From the NCBI GenBank assembly GCA_964247055.1, contig OZ176056.1, positions 4,588,001 through 4,652,000 on the forward strand: DNA of 64,000 nucleotides, read 5' to 3'. Positions 63,794 through 64,000 of this stretch are shown piece after piece. This DNA comes from Paragordius varius (lineage: Eukaryota; Animalia; Nematomorpha). The notes beneath the pieces were generated by a model. It searched no databases. It was not told where the DNA came from and was given only the letters and a program-made list of their open reading frames with translations. Numbering within the stretch: position 1 is the first letter of the stretch; each line of letters begins with the position of its first letter. The translations under genes and the position numbers were made by a program.

Positions 63794-64000
63794 AGATTCT
63801 AATGGTGCAAAAATTGAAATATACTGAAAAAAAGGAACGAATATACAGTCATGTATCCTTAATTTGATCAAAAAATATATATTTTTTTCGTTAAATGGGT
63901 AAAAAAACAAGAGCTCTATCGTAATTCTCATACTTTTTTGATGATTATGATATATTGTTAATACCGTAGGCTCTAGTTTTTTTCCATTCTTTACCAAATA

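Noticed and set aside
63794-63997. N-terminal extension of the 132-aa ORF 63599-63997
   Set aside because: It runs through the dispersed repeat shared with 29215-29345 and starts at a non-ATG codon; treated as intron or flank.
1-64000. tRNA, rRNA, snRNA, SL RNA and intronic snoRNA genes
   Set aside because: No convincing signature seen by eye (GTTCGA hits fall inside SPT6 exons). snoRNAs cannot be excluded without covariance-model searches.

Overview
64 kb of a very AT-rich, intron-rich animal genome (organism not identifiable from this window). Six protein-coding genes can be reconstructed by hand with phase-consistent GT-AG splicing: (1) SPT6, minus strand, 27 exons from 18248 to 939 and running off the left edge, with several large Asn/Ser/Gly-rich insertions; (2) a tandem GNAT/YitH-type acetyltransferase with a long low-complexity N-terminus (40117-43018, +); (3) NDUFB2 (49465-50810, +) with a 48-aa C-terminal extension; (4) NHP2 (52385-52956, -); (5) a divergent class A GPCR in one ORF (59791-61194, +); (6) a Lys/His-rich, acidic-tailed unknown protein (61736-63793, -). 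The 19-38 kb and 43-57 kb intervals are mostly transposon-derived: a non-autonomous Helitron family (canonical A|TC...hairpin-CTAG|T copies, a head-to-head palindrome with shared 3' flank, and a ~480-bp internal tandem array), TTAA-flanked piggyBac-like MITEs (one nested in a sister copy), a decayed Buster-type hAT with a perfect 8-bp TSD, a TA-flanked MITE family and RTE-type LINE remnants. The most unusual signal is splicing: NHP2 and NDUFB2 imply 24-26-nt spliceosomal introns, one of them required for the reading frame, in a genome whose other introns run from about 60 nt to over 1.5 kb. All gene models are manual and lack transcript evidence. No rRNA, tRNA or CRISPR features were seen.
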